Below, in pieces: positions 47,566-58,060 of a stretch of DNA of 64,000 nucleotides. The stretch is from contig JAANOX010000195.1 in NCBI GenBank assembly GCA_020184695.1, positions 1 to 64,000 of the forward strand. The letters run 5' to 3'. Origin of the DNA: Histomonas meleagridis 2922-C6/04-290x. Lineage: Eukaryota > Protista > Parabasalia. The number at the start of each line of letters is the position of its first letter. Position 1 is the stretch's first letter. A model generated the notes under the pieces. It was not told where the DNA came from, did not search any database, and saw only the letters and a list, made by a program, of their open reading frames with translations. Both the position numbers and the translations under genes were made by a program.

Positions 47566-50034
47566 TTAAACCTCAACCAAATCCTTTTTGTTATTTTCAT
47601 ATTTGACATTTGAAGCCATCAAATTTGTCGATTTCGATATACACAACGCCGCGTCGCCAAAGTCCTTAAACTGTGTATCTGTGACAGTCAGCTTGCCGCC
47701 ATCTGCCTGTATTCCCACCATTCCCTTCCCAAATATCAATGAGTTATTAATTATCGCTGTTGAGTTTTGGTCGATTGATATACCAATTTCGTTACAGTTA
47801 TACAAACTCGACGACATGAACTCGAGATATCCTCCTCTTGAGCATAGTATAGCGCATTTTTTCTCGTCATGAATCATTGATTGTATCAAATGTAAGAATC
47901 CACCGCTATGTACTTGACAACCATTTCCAAGTAACGAATGTGACAAATAACATTTCGTTAATGCTATAGCAGCTCCTTGTCTAACTTCGCAATGTGCAGA
48001 ACGCGAACCTTCGAATGTACAATTCGTACACATTATAGCGCCGCCACCTACGGCTATGATTGCGCAAGACTTTAAATGATCTTTGAACTTAGAGTTATTA
48101 ATGATCACTAAAGTTTTCGACTCATGGACACTACATCCGGCCATGTTATTTTCGGAGAATGTACATTGTTCGATTGTTACTTGTGAACCTTTAAATGCGG
48201 TAATACCATTTCCATTATTTTTGGTGATAGTTACCGCAGCTAATGTCGCAGATGAATTCTCGACGTTAATTCCGGAGACATTATTATTACGTATGATACA
48301 GTTCTTAATTGTTGCCTTACAGCCATCGATTAAGTTCAAGCCAACTTCATAATGATCTTCAAAGATACATCCATTAAATGTTGGTCTAGGTAATGGACCT
48401 GTGATTGCTACACCCGTTTTATTGTTTTTAGCAAAGATACATCGATCGAATGTAACATTTGCTTCTTCTTCGAATACGAATCCGCAATTGTTTTCAATGA
48501 ATTCACATTCTTCAAATGAGAATGATTGGACATTACGTATGTTACCACCTGCTTCTTTACCATTTTTAACATATACTTTTTTGAAGGTACCAATTGCATT
48601 ATTAATGATAACAAATCCGACATCTTGTGGCTCTTCAATTGTTACATTTTCTAATTCCATACGCGCATGATTCTCAGCTTGAATAGCGATATCTTTGATA
48701 CAACGAATTGTTGAATTAGTACAACATAATAATGATGAATCATCTTCGGCATATAATACTGTGCCATTAGTATCTTCCGCATGTAAATCATCGATAAATG
48801 CTTGTCCTCCTTCACATGTCGCGATTCCTGCATCCATATCGCCTTCAAGTGTATCATGATTACTTGTAAATGATCCAGTAGAGCGAGTCAAGATCATTAT
48901 CGAGTTACCACTATCATCAAATTTATTATTCGTCGATATAACACTTGCTGCGTTTTGCGCATGAATTGATACCGCCGAATTTTCTTTAAATGTACAATTA
49001 GTTATATGAACTGATGTACATCCTGCTACAAATAATGCAGATGACTTTCGATTATTCGCAAATGTCGTTTCAGTGATTTGTATCGAGCCAATTGATACAA
49101 CTTCAACTCCTTTACCAACGTTATTAATGATTTGGCACTTATGTATATTAATTGATGCTGTTCCACCAATTAATATGCCGCCTTGATCATTGCGTTGGAT
49201 TTTGCTGTCAATGAGCTCAATGAAACATTTGTCAACTGCTAATATGCCTAAGAACTCGGAGCCTTCGAATGTACTATTTGTAAAATGTGCATATGATTCT
49301 TTGTTGATATAAAGACATGGGTGATTTACTCCAGTAAGCGAAACATTGTCTGCTTCAAGCCTTGATTTAGCTGTTAATTGGATGGCTGAAGCTTTAGCAG
49401 AATGAATGTGGCAATTGGAAAGTTTCGTATATCCGCATTCAATAAAAATACCACTGTTGTCACTAATGGGACTATGATCAAAATCAATAGATTCAATGCA
49501 TAGATATGGAGATTTGGATTTGATGCCTTCGATTTGAACTCGCCCATCTTTAGATGATAAAGTAATCTCTTTGTCAATAGAAAGATACTCATTGTAAACA
49601 CCAGATGGAATAACAAGCTGTGATGAACTTGGTGATGCATCAATCGCTTCTTGAAGTGTCTTAAATTTATCTGATGAAAAAATTATGGTTTGAACAATTT
49701 GACGTGGTTTATCAGGAATATCATTTGGCTTCTTGGGCGACTTTTCGGTCTCGGCAGGTTTAGTTAATGGTACTTGTAAAGATTGAATAAGATCTTTTTC
49801 TTCGCTGAATAATTTAGAAAAATCAAATGTAAGTGGATTGGATAAATCTTTCTTGGTTGATTTTGTACCTTTTGGGGTTTCTTGGCTTTTCATTTGTACA
49901 TTCTGTAATAAGGATGTAAGATTTGTTGCACTTTCAGTGGGTTTTTTATCAACCACTTGTTGTTCGTTTGTATGGTTTTGAGAAGACATTTGTTTTAATA
50001 AGTTTTCAAGTGATTGAGCGCTGCTTGAAGACAT
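47566..50034 (-). CDS. Right-handed parallel beta-helix (PbH1) repeat protein
   Basis: FKTLQEAIDA...IPSGVYNEYLSI followed by many C.I.NN..GI repeats. Confidence 0.85.
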   Translation of the reverse strand: MSSSSAQSLENLLKQMSSQNHTNEQQVVDKKPTESATNLTSLLQNVQMKSQETPKGTKSTKKDLSNPLTFDFSKLFSEEKDLIQSLQVPLTKPAETEKSPKKPNDIPDKPRQIVQTIIFSSDKFKTLQEAIDASPSSSQLVIPSGVYNEYLSIDKEITLSSKDGRVQIEGIKSKSPYLCIESIDFDHSPISDNSGIFIECGYTKLSNCHIHSAKASAIQLTAKSRLEADNVSLTGVNHPCLYINKESYAHFTNSTFEGSEFLGILAVDKCFIELIDSKIQRNDQGGILIGGTASINIHKCQIINNVGKGVEVVSIGSIQITETTFANNRKSSALFVAGCTSVHITNCTFKENSAVSIHAQNAASVISTNNKFDDSGNSIMILTRSTGSFTSNHDTLEGDMDAGIATCEGGQAFIDDLHAEDTNGTVLYAEDDSSLLCCTNSTIRCIKDIAIQAENHARMELENVTIEEPQDVGFVIINNAIGTFKKVYVKNGKEAGGNIRNVQSFSFEECEFIENNCGFVFEEEANVTFDRCIFAKNNKTGVAITGPLPRPTFNGCIFEDHYEVGLNLIDGCKATIKNCIIRNNNVSGINVENSSATLAAVTITKNNGNGITAFKGSQVTIEQCTFSENNMAGCSVHESKTLVIINNSKFKDHLKSCAIIAVGGGAIMCTNCTFEGSRSAHCEVRQGAAIALTKCYLSHSLLGNGCQVHSGGFLHLIQSMIHDEKKCAILCSRGGYLEFMSSSLYNCNEIGISIDQNSTAIINNSLIFGKGMVGIQADGGKLTVTDTQFKDFGDAALCISKSTNLMASNVKYENNKKDLVEV

Positions 50035-50621
50035 GACGATTTAGAAATGATAATTGTTTCAAAGCACTTTTTGAATATCGTTGGGTGGTTTTGATAGAGC
50101 CACAATCATTATTGTGAGTGCTGATTCAAATTTATGTGCTTTATTACGAAAAAAACACAAATTGTTTGGCAGTGAACCGCCTTCTCAAAATGTGTTAAAG
50201 AACTTTTCTTTCTCCAACAGTCAAGTAAAAGAACAGAATTATGTATTTCAGTTGATAAAATAAAGAATATATCGATAATATTAGAAATGTAATGATGATA
50301 AAACATATAATTTTGATTAGATAATGAGATATTCTTGAATCAAATACACACGATTATTTATAACGTACGTTAAGGAGAAACTTTTAAATACTCAATTGAA
50401 CATCCTATTCAAATTCTGAACGTGGCGGCTTTTTTTGTCTCATCTGGCGAAACAATAAAAATTGAACGAAAATTGGTTAACTTATGGTTAATTAGTTACA
50501 GTATACGTTTTTCGGGATGCTTGAAATCTTATTGTATGATTTGTTTTTTTAACAAGCTTTTAAAATTTTAGAGATATGTTATGAAAGGAGAAAGAAAAAA
50601 TATAAGGAATCGTTTTTACTA

Positions 50622-50841
50622 CAGACAGACCTTGTCAATTTTGAGCAAAAAACCTAAGAAAAAGTTGGCTAATTCCCCGGGGGTTTTGGAAAAGTAATCT
50701 AAAAAATTCTTATGACGATTAGAGCATGCTTTTTTAATAAAAAACTGACGTTTTGCTCCATCTATTTTTTATATATCAAATTTAATCGTAGCAAAATGAC
50801 ATTTGATTTTTTTGCTGCTGAAATTGACAATGTCTGTCTGG
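50622..50841. mobile_element. Putative Tc1/mariner-type MITE (about 220 bp)
   Basis: Left end CAGACAGACCTTGTCAATTT; right end reverse complement CCAGACAGACATTGTCAATTT. Flanked by TA on both sides, with one nucleotide of offset. Confidence 0.5.
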
Positions 50842-51010
50842 TACAGAAGAACATTTACTGTTACCTCAAACTGTGAAATTAAAATAAACGTACGTTTTCA
50901 ATATTGAATACCCACTTTTTAAAATGAATACAACATATTTGAAAACAACCAAATTTTTTATTAGAAATTTTCAAACGCTTGAAATGTCTGACATAAATTA
51001 TTCAAAAAGT

Positions 51011-51028
51011 AATTTTGGCGCCAAAATT
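51011..51028. promoter_or_regulatory. 18-bp perfect palindrome AATTTTGGCGCCAAAATT
   Basis: Exact palindrome. A near copy TTTTGCCGCCAAAA lies at 51291-51304, upstream of the IBD-like gene. Function is inferred. Confidence 0.4.
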
Positions 51029-51359
51029 TATTCAAAGTTTAAAAATTAAATTTCCTGTGTAAAAATGATAGTTTTGGACGTAATTAACATATTAATTAAA
51101 ATTTTAAAATACAAACTTTAGGATTAAATCTTAGATCACGAATAAAAGCTGATGAAATTCTCGAATTTAAATATGTTTATAGAATATAGAATAGAATTAT
51201 TATTTGCTATTGATATTTGATGTTAAAACCAAACATATACGAAAATTATTTCTTTTAACTTTTGATGCTTGAAGATAATCTTATCACTTTTTTTGCCGCC
51301 AAAAATTGAATACAACATAAACTTTTTGATAAAATCAGTTAAAAAGTGACCACTTTTTG

Positions 51360-52079
51360 ATGTCGAACCCACCACCAACTCATGACATCTTACAAGCTTT
51401 AGATCTCAATATGCAATTAATGAAAGAACAAGCAAATCAACAATCACAACTAATTCAAAATACTCTTCCAACAAAATTAAGGAAAAAACAAAAATCTTTG
51501 TCTAAACAAACTCCTCCAAAACAAAAATCTCTCCCAGCTATTCTAGAAGGAAATTTCCCAGAATCAAATGGAAACTACACAAAAATGCTTCAGGATAATT
51601 CAATTCTAATTTCTCCGAGTGAAATGGGATTTGTTCCAATTGGCTTTTGGACAAATAACACAGAAACATTTGGTGGTATTGTTCAAAATTTCTTCCATAA
51701 GAAAAATAATTCAAATTGCAGATTTCCTCATAAGCTTTATAATGCCTTACAATTAGTAGAAAAAAAACCAGAGTTTTGGCCTTACGTTGGAGTAAAATGG
51801 ATGGGAGATACCGTGTTCAAAGTTGATAAATATGTTTTTGGAAGGCTTCTAGGAATTACTGCATTTGATGGAGGGTTGTTCCATAGTCAAGGAAACTTTC
51901 CATCTCATGGATTCCAAGAAATTACATGTGAAGTTGCTACTAAGTGGGTCTCACAAGATGATCTTAATGGAATTGATTTTGATCGAATCCGTTTGATGAC
52001 ACATCGCACAGGTTTCAAAAAAGGCGTTGAGGAGAGTGTTATCAACCAGCTAAAATGGATAAGTGATCAGGCAAAATAA
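51360..52079 (+). CDS. Initiator-binding-domain (IBD)-like protein
   Basis: RFPHKLYNAL...GVKW..DTVFKVDK..FGRLLGI resembles the parabasalid IBP39-type winged-helix domain. Confidence 0.65.
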   Translation: MSNPPPTHDILQALDLNMQLMKEQANQQSQLIQNTLPTKLRKKQKSLSKQTPPKQKSLPAILEGNFPESNGNYTKMLQDNSILISPSEMGFVPIGFWTNNTETFGGIVQNFFHKKNNSNCRFPHKLYNALQLVEKKPEFWPYVGVKWMGDTVFKVDKYVFGRLLGITAFDGGLFHSQGNFPSHGFQEITCEVATKWVSQDDLNGIDFDRIRLMTHRTGFKKGVEESVINQLKWISDQAK

Positions 52080-52311
52080 TGATTTTGTTTTGGTGAACGA
52101 AACCAAATGTCTTCAAAATAAATTACAAAATAATAACGATCATTTTCTTTTGAATTTGTGCGTCAACCGTTTCTTGAAATTTTTGGTTTTGGAAAACAAA
52201 GAAACACGACAATAATTCTATATGTGATATCACAAAAAAAAAAGAAGCAAAATCCTTTTGTTTTATAAGAAAATGCTGATTTTATGAAAGAACATTATCA
52301 AGATATTCTAA

Positions 52312-52779
52312 TTATTTAGCCTTTTGAAGTTGTTCAAAATACTGACGCCCTGTCATAGGCTTTTCTGTGTTGCCTTCCAGCTCCATTTGTTCTTTCTTGA
52401 ACTTCTCAAGCCAAAGCAAAAATGCTTCGCGTGAGAAGGGAGTTGCTGTAACGTGTTCTTGCTGCTCAACAATTTCTTTATCTGATATTCCAGATAAGTA
52501 ATCCATAGCTTCGCCAACCAAATATCCTATCATTGATAAACCAATCATTGTTTGTGCGGCTGAATTCAAGAATTTTTCTAAGCCTTCACCTGATATTCCT
52601 TCAAGTTCTGCATGAATAGAAGGAACTTCATTTGGATAATTTTCTGGAACTGTAAATGTTAATGTGGCATGTTTCATTCCTATTGAGGGCTTAATAACAA
52701 CAACATTTTGGCTTTTACATATGTAATTATTTTCATAGATTAAAGATAACTCTTCTTTTTCGATTTCGAATGAGTTCAT
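52312..52779 (-). CDS. RWD-domain protein (RWDD1/Gir2-like)
   Basis: LTFTVPENYPNEVP RWD motif and C-terminal TPFSREAFLLW..KF...MTGRQYFE. Confidence 0.8.
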   Translation of the reverse strand: MNSFEIEKEELSLIYENNYICKSQNVVVIKPSIGMKHATLTFTVPENYPNEVPSIHAELEGISGEGLEKFLNSAAQTMIGLSMIGYLVGEAMDYLSGISDKEIVEQQEHVTATPFSREAFLLWLEKFKKEQMELEGNTEKPMTGRQYFEQLQKAK

Positions 52780-53401
52780 GTTTTGGTTTGGCTCGGTTAA
52801 ATTAACAAGCTTTGTTCGACGCCACTTTTTGAAATTAAATTTCCGGTTTATTTACACTTGACTTAACTTTCAATCGAACGATAGTATTTTCTGTATAACG
52901 ATGGAAGCCAGGAAAATTTTATAAAAATGTCTTTTTTGAAAATATTTTTGTAAAATTTAGGGATCTATTCTAGAAATTCATGAATGTCCTATCGCTAGTG
53001 GGAGTACTCCCTAATTCATAATGTTAGATGGGACATTATTTCTACATTTCATGATATTAAAAAGATCTAAATTTAGAATATAGAACATACATAATATTAC
53101 ATTTATTAAATATCGTTTTCATGTTTTTTAAAAATGAGTTGGAAATCAAAAGATTCATTTTCGATTTTTTTCAAATTTCTCAGCGATAAACGTAATATTA
53201 AAAAAATAATTTTTATTTTTAATTTTCAATATCAAAAAAATAGCCGAAAAGATTTTTTTGCCGAAATATTAAATTGTGATATACAAAATGCATACATATC
53301 ATACTTTTTTTTAGAATTCCCGATTTCCCGAAAGATTTTTAATTTTTTTCGGGAAGAGATCCCGAGTAAACTTATACATAGTTATAAGCAAATTTATATT
53401 T

Positions 53402-54835
53402 TTATTCACATATTTCATCATCAGTCCTCTTTTTTAGCTCTGCATCTATTTTTGATAAAAGTACTGTTGCTTTTCTGTTGGTGTTTTCTATTGCATGAAG
53501 CGCATTCATTGCATCTTCGTTTTCAAATATTTGGATTGCTGTTTCAGCAACTGGTGATTCCATTAATCTAATAAAAGCGTCAATAAAAATTTTCGTTTTA
53601 TCATAATCTGTTTCATCAATAAACAATTCCATTAACACATTTAATCTTTCAATTTTAGACACAAAAGATTCCAAAAACGAAGTATCTCCATGAACAATTA
53701 GATGTGCAATTACTTGACCAGCTAACATTCTAGCTTCATAAAATGAATTAAATGCAACATTAACAATCTCATCATAATTCTTTTCTGACCGTAAGAGCAC
53801 ATCAGTGTATTGCTGCATTCCAGGTACAGCTATCATTACAAAACGTAAGCTTTCGAAAACGATACGTTGACTTTGATGCGAAAAAAGTGACGGATAAAAA
53901 GTGATGTAACGAATCGGCGTTAACTTATTAAGATCTCCATCTGGGCCTGAAGAAGCAATAAAATTTATTAGCTTGGTACATAAATAAACAATTCTTTCGG
54001 CATCGCTTCGTATGTTATCATCGATTTCTTCATCGAATGTATTTTGTGCAATTAATTGAGAATGCTCTACAAGTTTACACAAGTTATGTTTAATAAAAAA
54101 TTGATAATGTGGATGTTGATAATTTCCTGTTGATGTTGAAAGCTTATAAATTCCATGAATAATATTTTTTAGATAGAAAAAAGAGGTTGAAAAATACTCA
54201 AAAGTTTTCATAATATGTTTAAGAGTTTTTTCGTCATAACACAATTGGAAAGATTTGGAGGTAAGAACCTTAATAACAATATTTGATGCAATAGGCCTAT
54301 TGGTGTTTTTACAAAAATCGCATAGGAATGAAACAAAACCTTTGTCGAAAGATGTTTGCTCTTTGATAAAACCATGTTTGGCAAATAAGTAAAGAGAGGT
54401 AAGTGATTCATATACAATATCATCAGAGTCTTGTTGAATAAAGTTGGTAAAAAGCTGAAGAACAACCTCTTCTGGAAAATGATGGAAATATTGACTAGAA
54501 GATCTCATTATTACAAAGCATGCATGTAAGTATAGTGGCAGGCGTTCGTCATCTGGAGATAAAGCTAATGTGTTTCGAAATAAATTGTCAGGAAATGTTG
54601 TTTTAAATAATTCATCAACATCCAAAAAAAAATCGTTTCTTGTAGCCTTCACAAACAAGTTAACAACATCGGGTGTTAAATCGTATGTATGATATGCTGA
54701 AATCCATTCATTTATTAATTGTATTTTTTCCTCGTTTAAAACCAATTCGCTCAAATCGACATCTGCTTGTGAAATAATCCTAAATTTTGCGTTTTTGTCC
54801 TTTTTTCTAGACGGAACTTTGTAATTACTCTGCAT
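53402..54835 (-). CDS. Hypothetical alpha-helical (ARM-like) protein
   Basis: 477-aa intact ORF with helical repeat character and no diagnostic motif. Confidence 0.65.
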   Translation of the reverse strand: MQSNYKVPSRKKDKNAKFRIISQADVDLSELVLNEEKIQLINEWISAYHTYDLTPDVVNLFVKATRNDFFLDVDELFKTTFPDNLFRNTLALSPDDERLPLYLHACFVIMRSSSQYFHHFPEEVVLQLFTNFIQQDSDDIVYESLTSLYLFAKHGFIKEQTSFDKGFVSFLCDFCKNTNRPIASNIVIKVLTSKSFQLCYDEKTLKHIMKTFEYFSTSFFYLKNIIHGIYKLSTSTGNYQHPHYQFFIKHNLCKLVEHSQLIAQNTFDEEIDDNIRSDAERIVYLCTKLINFIASSGPDGDLNKLTPIRYITFYPSLFSHQSQRIVFESLRFVMIAVPGMQQYTDVLLRSEKNYDEIVNVAFNSFYEARMLAGQVIAHLIVHGDTSFLESFVSKIERLNVLMELFIDETDYDKTKIFIDAFIRLMESPVAETAIQIFENEDAMNALHAIENTNRKATVLLSKIDAELKKRTDDEICE

Positions 54836-55648
54836 TTTTCATTTAACGGTCTCTTCTAAGTCACCACATAGCCAAAACAACTTAAATTTAAGCATTAGAT
54901 GTTATTTTATGAAGCATTCACAGCTTGTAGCAAAACAGCTGTTACACTATGATAGAAATATTTAGTTAATGAATTTTTTATTAAATTTTATTATTGAAGA
55001 AATGCAAATGTTAGCAAACAATCATTAAACTAAAAGTAGTGCCCATTTTATATTTACTGTTTCCCCTATTTTATAAGTCAAGATTGAGAATTGAATCATT
55101 TACATGTTTTCAAATAAGAGAAAATGATTCATCTCTGTTAGCAGTTGAGTTTAAATAATTCTTGTCTCAAAGTTTTGGGAATAACTAGTTTGATCTATGT
55201 TTGCCCAACAACATGACCACAAACGTCTTATTCAAAACGATGATTTGTTTCAAAATGACACACAAAATTCAATTGAATGCATTCAATATTTTGACTGTAA
55301 ATAACAGTGAACCGCTTATTCCAATCAAAAACCATTTTGATTTTTTCAATAAATAGCTTTTTCTATCATGTGAATTGGTTGTATGCTCAGAAATCATGCA
55401 TTGGTCATGAATACAGTAAATTACATTTATCTTACACTCTAATATGCTTTCTCTTGGATAAACATGTATACATGTAAATAGAGAATCCACTTAATTGATA
55501 TACTTGGATCATAATAATAATTTTCAAAATTTGATGGTAACATATAAGACGAAATGCAACGGTGTTTTCACTTTTCCAATTAATATCGTTTTCTGATGTA
55601 ATTTTACTTTTGAAAACAACAGCATTTCAAAACTTCGCAAAGAAAGCA

Positions 55649-57532
55649 ATGTTCTTTATCATTATCCTTTTTATTCTATCAAATCAATCATCCTTTATTG
55701 CTAACAATGAGACCCTTCTATTAAATAATGGTAGCTCTAATTTATTACCTTATAAAAATATCACAAAATATATTTTCGTTAATACAAATTATTCTATTGA
55801 CAATTATGCTTTTTCACATTGGGATTCACTCATCGAAGTTCATATTCTCTCAGTTAAGTCAATTGGATGTTATGCTTTTTCTTTTTGTTTTGATTTAAAA
55901 GTTGCGATTTTTTACAGCGATATTACAACGATTGGAGATTATGCATTTTCATCATGTTTAAATTTATGTCAAGTTTGTTTTTTTGGGGAAGTTAAGTATT
56001 GCAGTAATTTTACTTTTTCTAATTGTTCGAATCTTAATCTTGATGGAATCACTAATCAGAGTGCTAAAAACCATTTTTTGAAACATATTCAATCTAATCA
56101 GAGGAAAACGCCGAAATCAATAATTTTTCAAGGAAATGCAGAAGTCATTTCAGTCACAAAAGTTTCTTCGTTATCTCAAACACATTCATTTACATTAGTT
56201 TCATCATTATCAAAAACAGATTCATTTACAAATGTTGAATCATATACCAACACATCATACAATACACAAACATATTCAGAAACATTTTCTATATTAAACA
56301 CAATGGTTCCATCATATACAGAAACATCATCAGCATCTATTACATTATCAGCAACATTAACATCATCAAATACATTAAGTCGAACATATACAAGTCAATA
56401 CTCAAATACGATTATATCATCATCTTCATATACACAAGTGAGCACAAGTATTAGAATTACAACTACGATGTATACAAGTTCGCTCAAATATGTTGCTTCT
56501 TATTCATATATCGACACAAGAATTTCCACATTAACAAATTCAGTAATAACAACAGGTACTATTATACAAACTAAATGTTCCCCTGATGATGATTTTAGTA
56601 TGTGTACAGTCATTGATTTTGATTATAAAGTCACAACTGAAATATCAACATATGTAAATTCAAAAATTCAAACACAAATAAATTCTCCTTCTTATACTGC
56701 AAGTCCATATCAAACTATTGTCACAAAGGAGTCTTCAACTTCAATACTTATATATAAACAAGCAACAACACGAATTTTAACAAATATGCCATCTTCAACA
56801 TATTCTATCACATTTTCCAAAACAATAATACCAAAAACAGTATTTGTATCATCAACAACATTCACCAAATCTAGTTATTTTACTATATATTCAGAATTTA
56901 CCTTATCAAATTCGTTGATTATTTCGAGTTTATTAACATTATCAAAGTCGCTAACCATATCATCCATTCCTACTTTATCTAATTCATTAACATTATCAGC
57001 TATTCCTACTATATCTAATTCATTAACAATCTCAAATTCATTATTAATAGAATCAAATTCACAAATCGAAGGATCAGGAACATTTTCATATACATTGATT
57101 TATTTCTTATCATTTACTGTGACGATTACCATAAATTCATTAATTTCAAATTCATTTATTTTGTCACTATTAAATTCTGAATATACCATAACGCACTCGA
57201 AATATATTTTTTATAATTATTCAGTCATTAAGTATCCTACTTATTTTAGTCTTTATACAGGATTCTTTGTTCCTTATATGCAGAATGAAATAAATGATGT
57301 GAGAAATGCAATTAGCAAAAGCCTATTGATTGGAATCATATGTGGTGCTATAGCAATTGTTCTTATCTTAATTGGAATTATAATTTTCCTTAAAAGAAAG
57401 AGAAATATCAAAACAGAAGAACAATCATCAAAAAGTATTAGAGATGATAATGAATTTGTTGTAGAAAGTATTGAAAAACCAGATAAAGTAATTGGTGAAT
57501 TATTAGAAAACGAAGAAGACCTATGGATCTAA
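55649..57532 (+). CDS. BspA-like surface protein with Ser/Thr stalk, TM helix and acidic tail
   Basis: TpLRR repeats (SIGCYAFSFC, TIGDYAFSSC), long S/T-rich region, TM helix LLIGIICGAIAIVLILIGIIIFL, then KRKR. ATG at 55649. Confidence 0.85.
   Translation: MFFIIILFILSNQSSFIANNETLLLNNGSSNLLPYKNITKYIFVNTNYSIDNYAFSHWDSLIEVHILSVKSIGCYAFSFCFDLKVAIFYSDITTIGDYAFSSCLNLCQVCFFGEVKYCSNFTFSNCSNLNLDGITNQSAKNHFLKHIQSNQRKTPKSIIFQGNAEVISVTKVSSLSQTHSFTLVSSLSKTDSFTNVESYTNTSYNTQTYSETFSILNTMVPSYTETSSASITLSATLTSSNTLSRTYTSQYSNTIISSSSYTQVSTSIRITTTMYTSSLKYVASYSYIDTRISTLTNSVITTGTIIQTKCSPDDDFSMCTVIDFDYKVTTEISTYVNSKIQTQINSPSYTASPYQTIVTKESSTSILIYKQATTRILTNMPSSTYSITFSKTIIPKTVFVSSTTFTKSSYFTIYSEFTLSNSLIISSLLTLSKSLTISSIPTLSNSLTLSAIPTISNSLTISNSLLIESNSQIEGSGTFSYTLIYFLSFTVTITINSLISNSFILSLLNSEYTITHSKYIFYNYSVIKYPTYFSLYTGFFVPYMQNEINDVRNAISKSLLIGIICGAIAIVLILIGIIIFLKRKRNIKTEEQSSKSIRDDNEFVVESIEKPDKVIGELLENEEDLWI
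56900..57043 (+). repeat. Four in-frame 36-nt (12-aa) repeats in the BspA stalk
   Basis: TLSNSLIISSLL / TLSKSLTISSIP / TLSNSLTLSAIP / TISNSLTISNSL. Confidence 0.7.
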
Positions 57533-57756
57533 CATAACATATTTGGGAGGAAAAAATTTTTCTAGACACTTTAGTATTCATGAATATTAAAAAATTCTCA
57601 AAAAATAAACTTCAATATATTGTATTTTTTTTTTTTTTTTTTTTTTGTATCAACTTAACATGACATAAAAATTTCATTTTGAGATTTCTTTCTTAATATT
57701 AATTTATTTCCAATTACTACAATATGGAGATGTTCTATTATAAGGTTACAACCTTT

Positions 57757-57888
57757 GGGTAGACTAAACTATACCCCCGGAAAAAATACGTTATTTACGA
57801 TAGAGGACGATAGAGATTTTATGATAAAAATGATCGTTCGAAAAAATTTCAAAGAAATGATCCCCTGGGGGTATAGTTTAGCATAGCC
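57757..57888. mobile_element. 132-bp MITE with 22-bp TIRs and an 8-bp TSD (CAACCTTT)
   Basis: Left TIR GGGTAGACTAAACTATACCCCC; right TIR reverse complement GGCTATGCTAAACTATACCCCC (19/22 identical, no gaps). CAACCTTT occurs at 57749-57756 and 57889-57896. Confidence 0.85.
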
Positions 57889-58060
57889 CAACCTTTTTTT
57901 CTGGATAATACACTTGATACAAAACAAATTCTTGAAACAAATTAATTATTTCAAAAAAAATTCACGTGATTTCTCATAAATTAATTCCTCTTCGAAATTT
58001 TGCTCAAATATGGCTTTGATGAATTATTAAAGAACAAAATTACAACACATCAAACAACAT

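Noticed and set aside
53134-53571. 145-aa plus-strand ORF
   Set aside because: Low-complexity F/I/K-rich, and antisense to the end of the 53402-54835 gene. Likely spurious.
55269-55490. Short minus-strand ORF with a hydrophobic stretch
   Set aside because: Could be a surface-gene remnant, but there is no recognisable motif and stops follow immediately.
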